Assembly (NCBI GenBank): GCA_963843375.1
Contig: CAWJKT010000004.1
Span: 448,001-512,000 of the forward strand
Direction: 5' to 3'
Length of the DNA: 64,000 nt
Source: an uncultured Pseudomonadota bacterium
GTDB lineage: Bacteria > Oederibacteriota > Muellerivitia > Muellerivitales > Muellerivitaceae
Part shown: piece by piece, positions 44,363-58,258 of the stretch
Layout: each line of letters begins with the position of its first letter
Numbering within the stretch: position 1 is the stretch's first letter
Program-made: the position numbers and the translations under genes
The notes under the pieces: model-generated
Databases searched by the model: none
Told to the model about the DNA's origin: nothing
Seen by the model: only the letters and a program-made list of their open reading frames with translations

Positions 44363-45309
44363 GGCGTCACAGCCTCCCCGGCACCCCGGGCCGCACGAAG
44401 GCGCCTCTCGGCGTCGAGGAAGAACGTGTTCGCGGCGATCACCGCCTCACCCTCGTCGAGACCCGACAAGATGACGATCGCGCCCACCTCCCCGGCGCGT
44501 CCGCCGACGTATCCCGAGTCGAGGATTCGGCCTATCTCGACACGCCGCTTCGTGAACGTGTCGTCCCCGCGCGGGGCGGCGAGCACGTAAGGGCCCTCGG
44601 CCGAATACAGCACGGCGCTCGAGGGGACGACCAGGAGCTCGCGAGGTCGGAGGGCGATCTGCAGCGAGCCGACGTCTCTCGGACCGCGTGGAGGCGCGAC
44701 CTCACCCGCGTCCGCGTCGAGGCGGAACCGGACCTTCACCGTCGACGAATCCACGGCCGACGGAGGCTCCGACAAGAGGTGCGCGTCGACGCCCATGTTC
44801 GGCGCGCCTCCTCCGAAGAAGAGCGCGTGCTCGTCGGGCTCCAGCCCGACGAGGTCGTCGTCGTAGAGGACCGCCGTCCCGACGCCATCGGCTCCCAGCC
44901 ACGCGGCCGCTCGCACCTGTTCGGCGAAGATCCGCCGCTCGGCGCGGACGACGCCGCCGCTCCTCTCGGCCATGGAGACCGGTCCGCGCGCAAACTCGGT
45001 GACGCGAACGAGGGCCATCCCGCAGATCGGGCAGTCGCCGGGCGCTCCGCTGACGACCTGCGGATGCATCGGGCAGACGTAACGATCGACCGAGCCGGTG
45101 ATGGCGCGATCGTGTGCGCGCGCGAGCACGACGCCCGAGACCAGCGCGCCGGCGGCGACGAGCAGCAAGAGAACGCGCCCGAGGACGACGAACGACGGCG
45201 GCGCGCCGGCGCGCGCGTCCTCGCCGCCGGCGGGGTCTGGTCCCGTCGACACAGACGGGTCCGCCCCCGAGGACGTCGAGTCCTCGGGGGCGTGGAAACC
45301 GATGCTCAT
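44359..45309 (-). CDS. Heavy-metal-binding-domain protein, reduced CusB-like adaptor
   Basis: TM anchor; YVCPMHP...PGDCPICGMAL; C-terminal LVVPSSAVL...ILSGLDEGEAVI..NTFFLDAERRL. Confidence 0.8.
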   Translation of the reverse strand: MSIGFHAPEDSTSSGADPSVSTGPDPAGGEDARAGAPPSFVVLGRVLLLLVAAGALVSGVVLARAHDRAITGSVDRYVCPMHPQVVSGAPGDCPICGMALVRVTEFARGPVSMAERSGGVVRAERRIFAEQVRAAAWLGADGVGTAVLYDDDLVGLEPDEHALFFGGGAPNMGVDAHLLSEPPSAVDSSTVKVRFRLDADAGEVAPPRGPRDVGSLQIALRPRELLVVPSSAVLYSAEGPYVLAAPRGDDTFTKRRVEIGRILDSGYVGGRAGEVGAIVILSGLDEGEAVIAANTFFLDAERRLRAARGAGEAVTP

Positions 45310-45375
45310 GGGCTCACCGCTCGAACTTCATGGGTTGACCGATCGAACGCCGATTCCGCTCGTTCTTCGCGTCGG

Positions 45376-48279
45376 TCAGAAGGCCGAGAACGCGGCGAAC
45401 GAGTTGTTCTTGCCACTCGTCTGGATGCAGTACCCATTGTGACGCATCGGCGGAAGTGGGCTGTTCCAGTTGCCGTTCTGCGGCTCCACCCTCCCGTTGA
45501 CCGTCAGCTGCGCCGTGCTGGTGAAGCTGCTGCTCTCGCCGCCGGCGAGCCTCGACTGGGTCTCGAAGCACGCGGGCCCGGTGCCCAGGTTGCCCGACTG
45601 GAAGTTGCTCCCGTCGGCCACGGTGAACTGGACCGGATTGTTGCAGAGTCCCGAGCAAGGCGTCGCGAGGGTCGTCGCCAGGCAATCCGACAGGCATTGC
45701 GACAGGCCAATCGCCGGTGACGTGAACACGCCCTGAAAGCCGTTGCCGATTTGTCCGAGGCAGTTCTGCTCGTTCCCCGCCTGCCCGAGCGCCAGGCATT
45801 GCTGGGCCTCGGGAAGCGAGTTCCCCTGACAGAACTGGGCGAGTTGCTTGCAGGCCGTCATCGGGAGCGCCTTCCAGAGCGAAGGGTTCTCGTCGGGCGT
45901 CTGACCGGTCTGCGCCTGGAACACCGAGAGCGCCGAGTAGAGTTGCCCGTTGAAGAGCACCCGGTCGTTGACCGCATACCGCACCTGCGGCTCCCACTGC
46001 CCGCCGCTGCTGGTGTCGGTGTTGACTCGGTCCCAGAGTCCGAACTCGGTGTCCGGCGTCTGCCCCGACTTCGACGTGTGCGCCGTCGTGACGCGGTAGT
46101 CGACGTTGTTGAACGCGACGATGGTGCCGACCTTGTAGCTGACCCCGGCCGCCCAGCTGTTGACGACGACGAGCTCCCGCATCATGTCGTGGTCTTCGTG
46201 GCCGACGAGGTGGCAGTGCCACACGTAACCCGGACCGGCGATCGGATCGGGGAACGAGGTCGGGTCGATGGGGAACAGGTTCTGGCCCGGGCTCACCCCA
46301 CCGGCCGCGACGTTCTGCGGCGCCCACCGCACCATGATGCGCGTCACCATCCCCGAGGGCGCTTGAATGGTGTCTTTCCAGCCCGTCTCGTACGGCTCGG
46401 GGGGAATCACCGGTCCCTGGAGGTACGATTCATAGGGAACGACGATCTGACTGGTGACCGGGTTGTGCCCGTTCATGAGAGCCCACTGCTCCCCGTAGTC
46501 CGCGGCGTCGATCTGCTGGCGGTTGATGAGCTGGAACTCGAGCAGATGGATGTGAATCTGGTGGGTGTTGAGGTCGCTGTCGCCCGCGAACGGACCGTTC
46601 GGACCGCCCGGGAACACGTTGACGAGGTCCCACTCTTCGGTCGAGCCCACGAGCGCGATCTCGGTCGGCGGCGTGTCGAAGTCGAGGCCGTCGATCGCGC
46701 GCTTGTTGAAGGTCGGCGAAAGAGCGTCGTCGTCCTCGAAGGCCCGGAGCACCTTGACTCGCGTCGGGGCGTTGGCCGTCAACGCCGGCCTGGCGGGGAA
46801 GAGAGACGCCGACAGTGCCGGCGGAGTCACGGGCTTCCCGCTTTGAACCGTGAACTGCATCACGAGCTCGGTGCTGCCCGCCGGGTTCCCCGCGTGGCCG
46901 ACGGTGTTGATCAGCGCGATCTTCGTGTCGGCCGCGAACTTCGAGAAGTCGACCAAGATGTCGGCGCGCTCCGTGATGCCGACCTGGACGTCGTTGACCG
47001 TCTGCGGCGCCGGGTAGGTACCCCCGTCCGAGCCGATGATGGTGAAAGGAAGATCTTGCTCGGTGCAGGACGCGCTGTTTCCGTCGGCCGAGATCTGGAC
47101 GAGGTTGTTGTTGGCGGAGTTCTGGCGACGTTCCAGTCACCGACGCAGAGCTGCAGGTCGTAGAGCTGCGCGTTCGCCGCCGCGAGGACCCGGAAGCGGT
47201 ATTGCTGCGGCTGGACGTTCAGGTTGGGCCACACCTGGCCGTTGACGAGGATCTCGTCGGCGCCCTCGTTGTACGACCAGTAAGGGCTGTTCGGCGGCGA
47301 GTCGCCGCCGTTCTGATCGTTCGGCGTTGGCCGAGTTCAGGGTGCCCCGGTCCGGCGGGAAGTCGAAGTTGCCGTCGGTGTAGAACTGCCTCGCCGAGAG
47401 CGCGAGCGGGATCTCGAACTGCCCCGTCGGCAGCGGCGAGCTTCGGCCCGTCGAGCGGGGTGTTCGCCGGATCGCGGATGAAGTACGCCGTCCCCACGAC
47501 GCCCGAGTAGAGCCCGATGCGCGTCACGCCCATGACGTGGTCGTGATAGAAGAGCTGCCGTCGGCGACTGCTGGTTGGGCATCAAATACGTGGAAGTGAC
47601 GTAGCTCGGACCCACGTATTGAGGTTGGGCGTGAACCACTCCTCGGCGGTTCCGTCTTGGTCGGGGGCCACGACGAGCCCGTGCGTGTGCGTGACGTGGG
47701 CCACCGGAAACAGCGACTTCGCATAGCCCGGCGGGAACAGGTTGAACGGCGGAGTCGGCACCTCGATGGACTGGGGGATTCGCCCAGTGCAAGGTGGGGT
47801 CGACCTCCAGGAACGCGGGTTGCTGGATGTTGTCCACCCAGGTGCATCTGGGTGGGGATGCCCACCGTGTTCTCGAAGACGGCCCCCGGCGTCACCGTGA
47901 TCGTGGAGCTCGTCGTCGAGCCCTTGGGGTGCGCCTGGCCGCTGTAGCCGAGCACCACGGTCTGCGGGAATCCGGGCGGCAGCACCTGCTCCTGCGATTG
48001 CGCCACCGACAGCGTGTAATTGTTCTGGACGACCTTGCCGTTCTTCGTGACGGGCGTCGGCGTCCATACCTCGGGGATGTTGAGCTGCTGGGCGAATTTC
48101 GGCACCGTCGTCGGGTCCAGCGGTACCTCGCTGGGCGAAGGCGAGCCCACCGCCTGCGCCTGGTTGCCGTTCTGTTCGCCCCCGGACTGCGGATCGTTCC
48201 CGAACTGCGAGCTGCAGGCCAGCATGATCCCCACGAGCCCCAGCGGTACGGCGGCGTATGCGCTACGCGGTATTTTCAT
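45376..48279 (-). CDS. Lipoprotein multicopper oxidase with two CBM5/12-like modules and Cys-containing tail (N-half frameshifted)
   Basis: MLAC lipobox; HTHG, YHDH, HQIHIH, WHCHLVGHEDHDMM; W..G.SY.VG..V.F...Y......HTS...TP..W-type repeat twice. Confidence 0.9.
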
Positions 48280-48426
48280 CGTGCCCCTCCTTCGAATTGG
48301 TTGAGCCGGGGCAACCCCTGGTCCGAGCGACGATTGCCCGGACGGATCGAACCCGCACCCGATGAAAGTCCCGCGACGCGGTCAAACGTAACGGGCGAAA
48401 ATGGGCGGCCCGATTTGTCGCCGTGA

Positions 48427-49011
48427 TCACGACGGCTTGCGGCGCGGCGACTTGCGACCGACCGTCGGCGATTCGGCGTTCCCGGAGTCGATGAAATCGT
48501 AACGATCGATCGATTTGTCATCGGTCGATTTCTCCGATTCGCGCACTTCCGCGACGAGCCGGCTCAACCGCATGCGTATCGACACGGGCGATCGGTGGAG
48601 ACGCAAGGCGGCCTCGACCGAGGTCTCCTCGAGGACAAATCGACTCCAGAGCAGAGACAGCGACTCTTCGTCGAGCCGATCCAGCCCGATCCCGAGCCGC
48701 CGTTGCGCGGCCAGCACGCGCTCTGGACCGTCGTCGACGAACGGAAGAGAGTCGTGCTGAAGGTACTCCTTGAGGGCCGCTCCCCGCGCCTCGCTCCGTC
48801 GTCGATGAAGGGCCAGGTGCCGGGCGACCATGCAGCACCAGCCCACGAAGCGCTCGGCGTCGGGCGGGCCGTGATCGTGCGCAAAGACGATGACGGCGGT
48901 GTCCTGCACGATGTCGTTTGCGTCGTCGGTCGTCGACGAGAACCGGCGCGCCGCTCGACGAATCGTCGCCTGGTTCGCGACGAACAGGGCTCGGCGATTG
49001 ACAGGATCCAT
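48427..49011 (-). CDS. ECF-type sigma-70 factor
   Basis: DDANDIVQDT, F.GW...VARHLAL, L..RFVLEE...E.A..L......IRMRLSR. Confidence 0.75.
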   Translation of the reverse strand: MDPVNRRALFVANQATIRRAARRFSSTTDDANDIVQDTAVIVFAHDHGPPDAERFVGWCCMVARHLALHRRRSEARGAALKEYLQHDSLPFVDDGPERVLAAQRRLGIGLDRLDEESLSLLWSRFVLEETSVEAALRLHRSPVSIRMRLSRLVAEVRESEKSTDDKSIDRYDFIDSGNAESPTVGRKSPRRKPS

Positions 49012-49218
49012 CCCGGGCCTCCTCTGCGGCAACACAACTGTACCGGCTGCCCGGTGCGACCAGGCAGACCGGCAGCCGTTACTCGTTCCGAGGCGACGTT
49101 CAGGGCGTCCGAGAACGGATTGCCGGTGCCCCGCGGTCCCGTCGGGCACGCCGGATACGACAGGCGGCCGGGCACGGTTCATCGCGCGCGACGGCGGGCC
49201 GGCTATCTTCCTTGCGCC

Positions 49219-49728
49219 GTGACGTCCGCGCACGCAAGGTCCCGGACCGACGAGGAGAAAGGTCTCTTCCGCGCCGTCTACAGCGTCACGCGGACCAAGC
49301 GTCGTCGCTTCTTGTGGTGCGCCTGGTGGAGCGGAGAGCCGTGCGAGGCGCCGTTCCGGCCGCCCGACGCGTGGAGCGGCGGGGCACGAACGGAGGACGA
49401 GGCGAGGACGCTCGCCGAACGCGCGGCAGGCCTGCCTCTCTCGCCCATCGAAGGCCGCTGGGCGGGCGCCTGGGTCCGCGTCCGCGCGGGCCTGCCCCCG
49501 TTCGTCGATCGCATCGGAGGCGCCGCGTCCGCCGCCTCGCCGCGGCCCGTCGATCCCCACGCGCTCCTCGGCATAGCGCCGGGCGCCCCGCTCGATGAAG
49601 TGAAGGCCGCGTTCCGCCGGAAGGCGCTGCAGCACCATCCGGATCTGGGGGGCGACGCGGCGGCGTTCATCGCGATCAAGCGTGCGTACGATCGCATCGT
49701 ACGGCGCCGATCGGGGCGAAAGCGCTGA
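49219..49728 (+). CDS. J-domain protein with C-terminal J domain
   Basis: PHALLGI...EVKAAFRRKALQHHPDLGG..AAFIAIKRAY. Confidence 0.8.
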   Translation: MTSAHARSRTDEEKGLFRAVYSVTRTKRRRFLWCAWWSGEPCEAPFRPPDAWSGGARTEDEARTLAERAAGLPLSPIEGRWAGAWVRVRAGLPPFVDRIGGAASAASPRPVDPHALLGIAPGAPLDEVKAAFRRKALQHHPDLGGDAAAFIAIKRAYDRIVRRRSGRKR

Positions 49729-49864
49729 CAGCCCCAGGCCAACGAGCGGCCGGGCGCTCCTGGACAAGGCGCCGGCGCCGCGTCACCGTGCTCGAACCTC
49801 CGGGCTCGACGTCGGGGCACGGCTCTCGCATGGTCCAGGTGAACCCATCGATACCCGACGATCC

Positions 49865-51421
49865 ATGCCCTGCCCTCCTCGCCATCACTCCCTCCGCTTC
49901 CTCCCCTGGACTCTGGGCGGCGTGCTCGCCTTTGCGGCCGCGCCTGCCTCGGCGACCACGCTGCCCATCGCGATCTCGCCGGATCGGACCCACCTCGTCG
50001 ATGCGACGGGGGCGCCGTTCTTCCTGCAAGGCGACTCGGCGTGGGAGGCCATCCCGGCGCTGAGGCCGTCCGAGCTGACGACGTACCTGGCGGACCGAAA
50101 GAGCCGCGGCTTCAACACGATCATCATGCAGCTCGCGGGTCACGTGGCCACGACGCACGCGCCGCACTGGGTCGACGCCGCGGGCGAAGCTCCGTTCAAC
50201 TTCACGCTGGGCGGCGGATTCGTGCGCGAACCCGAAGGGTGACCTCTGCGATTCCTCGACGCCGAACAGCGCGTACTTCGCTCACGTCGACCAGGTCCCT
50301 CAAGCAGGCCGAGAGCGGCGGGATGGTGGTCCTGCTCTTCCCGCTCTACCTCGGCTACCTCTGCCAGGAAGAGGGCTGGTGCGTCGAGATGCGCGCGAAC
50401 GGGCTCGCGAAGGTCGCCGCGCTGGGGCGCTTTCTGGGCGCGCGATACAGGTCCTACACGAACATCGTCTGGGTCGAGGGCGGCGACGACAAGCCCTCGA
50501 CCGCCGGCAACCCGTCGGACCTCGACCTGGTCAACGCGCTCGCGAACGGCATCGTCGCCGGCGAGGGGGGCGGGACGGGGACGCACCTGCAGACCGCGCA
50601 CCTGGGGAGGGACGTGTCGGCGGCGGACGTCGCCGGCGTCACGTTCCCGCTGAGCATCGACACGACGTACTCGTATCTCGGCAAGGATTCTCTTGACGAA
50701 GACCGAGTCCGACACGGAGCGCGACTTCGGCGTGCGCCCCGCGTTTCTCATCGAGTCGCTCTACGAGAACGAGCACTCGACGTCGACGACGGTGCTGCGC
50801 GCGGAGATGTACGAGCCGATTCTTGTCGGGTGAGACGGGGTTCGTGCTCGGGAACAACCCGCTCTGGCTCTTCGGCAAGACGGGCGATGGCAACCCCGGA
50901 TGGAGGGTCGCGACGTCGACGACGGCCTACCCCACGTGGCAGTCGGCGCTCGAGAGCGCGGGATTCGCAGGACGCCCAGCGCGCCGGGCAGTTCTTTCGG
51001 TCGATCGCCTGGTGGGGCCTGGCACCCGACCGATTCGAAGCGGGTCATGACGTCGCTCGTCACCGCCGGCTCGGGCCTCCTCGCGTCGACGGCCGACCGC
51101 ACGCTCGCCGTCGGATACTTCACGGACGCCGCGACGGCGACGATCGACCTCTCGCGCATGGCGGGGCCGACGACGGCGTCGTGGTCGATTCCCTCCCTGG
51201 GCACCACGACGTCGATTGGGACGTTCCCCGGCCGCGGTCTCCACGCCTTCGCGACGCCCGGGAACAACGCGGTCGGCGCGCAGGACTGGGTGCTCTTGCT
51301 CCAGACGGCGACGGCCGGCGTTTCGCCTGCACCCGCGATCCGGACGAAGACCTCGTGGCTCCCCCTTCTTTTCGGCGCCGCCCTGCTGATCGGGGCGACG
51401 CGACGCAGATCGTCGGCCTGA
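49865..51421 (+). CDS. DUF4038/apiosidase-like glycoside hydrolase with C-terminal sorting-like signal, frameshifted
   Basis: LVDATGAPFFLQGDSAW, YLADRKSRGFN, NIVWVEGGD, LIESLYE, DWVLLL, then TM plus RRR. Confidence 0.75.
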
Positions 51422-51427
51422 GGCGCG

Positions 51428-52817
51428 TCACGCCGGGGGCGCGGTGGAGCTCAGTTTCGTCGATTCCGCCGCGGAGCGCTTGCGCCCTCGGCGCAGCGCG
51501 AGCCCGAGCGCCACGACGAGCATCGCAGCCGAGCTCCGGCCGTTGCCCTTCGCGCCCGCGCTGCATCCGCCCTGACTGCTCCCGTTGCCCTGGGCGCCCG
51601 GGCTCGCTGCCGGTGCACCGGATCCAGAGGACCCGCTGCTCGCGCCGAAGGTTCCGATGCTCACGCCTCCCGAGCTGCTGGCCGCCCCGGAAGACGCGGC
51701 AGCCACCCCGCCGGACGATCCGCTCGCGGCTCCGGACGATCCGCTGCTGGCCGCGCCGCCTCCCGACCCGCTCGCCGCCCCGCCCGACGATCCGCTGGCC
51801 GACCCGGAGGACGCGCCGCCGTCGCCGGTCGATAAGAGGAGCCCCGCTGCTCATGGTCCCGTTCGTCCAGAAGGAGTCCGTGAACGTCGGGTCGTAGACC
51901 ACCGGAGAGCCGGTCTTCTGTATCTCGAACGACGCGAACGTCGTCGTGAACGTCCCGCTGACGGTCATCGCCTCTTCGGCGAGGTTCAGCTCGGTGAGGT
52001 AGATCGTATTCGAGTAGTACTTCGGATAGTTCGTCAGCGCCCAGTCGAGGACGGCCGCGACGTCAACCGACGAGATCGTGATGACGCCGTTCTTGTCCGG
52101 AGTGTAAGCGTCGGACGGAAGCGCGAAGGCAATGAAGGGGCCCTGGTTCGCGTTCGTCTGCGCGCCGTAGTCCACGACCTCCATGTCGGAGTACCCGAGG
52201 AGGCTCGTGTGCGAGATCTTGCCCCCGTAGTCGTAGAGCGGGTGGTAGAAATCGATGGTGATGTTGCCCTTGTCGCGGAGCCCGGCCGTGGTCGAGCTCA
52301 GGAACATCTCGTAGTAGACGCGGTAAATGTCCGACGACTTCACCGGGGGCACCTGGATCGTCCACGCGCCCTTCAAGAGTGCGATGTCCTTCAGCTGAAG
52401 CGGCAGGTGAGAGCCCGGTTGATTGTAGGTGTCGGTGACCACCGTCGAACCGATGTTGCCGATGCCGGCGTAGAGGGCCTCGCAGCAGCTGTCGTTCAGG
52501 TTGTACTTCTGGGTGAACTGCATGGAGCTCGAGCTCCACGTCACCGAGATGCCGCCGGGGCTGCCGGCGGATGACGCCCAGTTGTTGTCGAAGACCCACC
52601 CGGGGGCGCAGCAGTAGTCGTCTCCTCCGCCCGACGCCGCCGTGCACGGGGACTTCTCCACCGACGCCGTGCAGGTGTCGCCCGCGTTCGATGACGACGC
52701 GCACAGGAGCACGAGGGCTGCGCTGAGCGAGGCGAGGGTACCCCTGATCTTCGTACCGCTACCGACATGCGACGGCGAAAACAGCGGCGTGAACGTCCGG
52801 GGAATTGAAGACGCCAT
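51428..52817 (-). CDS. Secreted GH12-like protein with Ser/Gly linker and MYXO-CTERM, one frameshift
   Basis: DNNW, LPLQLKDI..L...W, YRVYYEMF, YLTELNLAEE; tail GGCSAG...MLVVALGLALRRGRKR. Confidence 0.65.
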
Positions 52818-53053
52818 GACGACCTCCCTTCGGTAACGCGCTAATGCAAGCAGCTCCACGAAGGGATGCCAAGCGATTCGGCCTCGAACCGCGCCGCGAG
52901 AGGTCACATCTGCGGCGTCAGGGTCCAACGTGATTGTCCCCGCGGGGCCGTTGCCTGTCTGCGCGAGAAATTCAAGATGCTTCGAGCCGCAAGGCCTCCT
53001 TCGGGCGGCGACGCCGGGGTCCCTCGAGCCCGGCTACCGCTGGCCGCGCGCGC

Positions 53054-56929
<3,876 letters not shown>

Positions 56930-57382
56930 TGTCGTTCAGACTACGGGTTATCGAAAATTGAAACAATGAAATGAAGCGCACGAGAGACGATCGGGATCAC
57001 ACGCTCACCCGCGTGTAGCGAGATGGATGGGGGAGCGTACGACGCGGAAGAGCGCACCTTTTGCCCACCTCTTGTCTGATCGACGGATACGGAGGTGCGC
57101 GCCCTGGAATGGCCAGGCAGATCCGGGAGTTATCGCGCGCGACGACGATCGCGGCGATGACCGGCACGATGAGCGGCGACTGAACGGCGAGAGCCAGCAG
57201 CAGTCGCCTTCCGCTCACGCCATCGCGGTATCCGGTGATCCCGCTGCAATGTCGGCGACCGCGCCAACGCGCGTACCCCCGGGCCGAAACGTCGACGTTG
57301 CTCGCGCGGAAGGCGAGCGCGACGACGACGGATGAGGAGAGGTCAGCAGCCTTTTGGGTCAGGGCGCGACGAGCGCCCGCCC

Positions 57383-57713
57383 GCCCAACAGCGTGAAGCG
57401 GACGCGATACACGCTGCATCGGGCGCCCAACAGCGTGAAGCGGACGCGATGCACGCTGCATCGGGCGCCCAACAGCGTGAAGCGGACGCGATGCACGCTG
57501 CATCGGGCGCCCAACAGCGTGAAGCGGACGCGATGCACGCTGCATCGGGCGCCCAACAGCGTGAAGCGGACGCGATGCACGCTGCATCGGGCGCCCAACA
57601 GCGTGAAGCGGACGCGATGCACGCTGCATCGGGCGCCCAACAGCGTGAAGCGGACGCGATGCACGCTGCATCGGGCGCCCAACAGCGTGAAGCGGACGCG
57701 ATGCACGCTGCAT
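57383..57713. repeat. 42-bp tandem repeat, about 8 nearly perfect copies
   Basis: Unit gcccaacagcgtgaagcggacgcgatgcacgctgcatcgggc; one substitution in copy 1; no spacers. Confidence 0.95.
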
Positions 57714-58258
57714 GGTGCGGGATGCCACTGTACGGGTGTGCCCCTCGCGGGTCGTGGACGTTGGACGTTGCGTACACGGCACGTGGACGGAGGATCGGCG
57801 CCGGCTGACGCGTCGTCGAAGACGACCGCGTAACGCCTACGACCACGACGGGTGCCTGCGCCCGACCGAACGACGTCGGGCCTAGCCCTGGCCCAAGGTC
57901 ACCGAGCGCGATTCTCGATCACGGCAAGGAAGCAGGAATCCGGGGCCCTCTCGATTCTCTTGGCGCCTTCGTGGCTTGGCGGCTCTCCCTCTGGAGTTCG
58001 AGGATCGCGACGCTGGTTTTAGCCCTCGACGCCGATAAGACTAGCCAGGCGCGCCATCCCGCGGGCAGAGGGTCCCTCGCCTGCTCGCCTACGAGCCGGG
58101 ACGCCTCGCTTACTTTCGACGATCTTTCGCGCGTTTGTACCGCCACCACACGCCGTGTGCGATTCTCGGCTCACACCGTCTCGTAGCCCGGAGAGCGCGG
58201 GAAACGACGGCGCCGGCCGTGTCGCGCGCTCGTCGGTGCAGAGAGTAGTCTGCACTCC

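Noticed and set aside
57383..57713. CRISPR array suggested by the palindromic repeat
   Set aside because: No spacers; a pure tandem repeat
57918..57990. Second REP-like element (cttggcgccttcgtggcttggcgg)
   Set aside because: The left arm is too degenerate to support from this window alone
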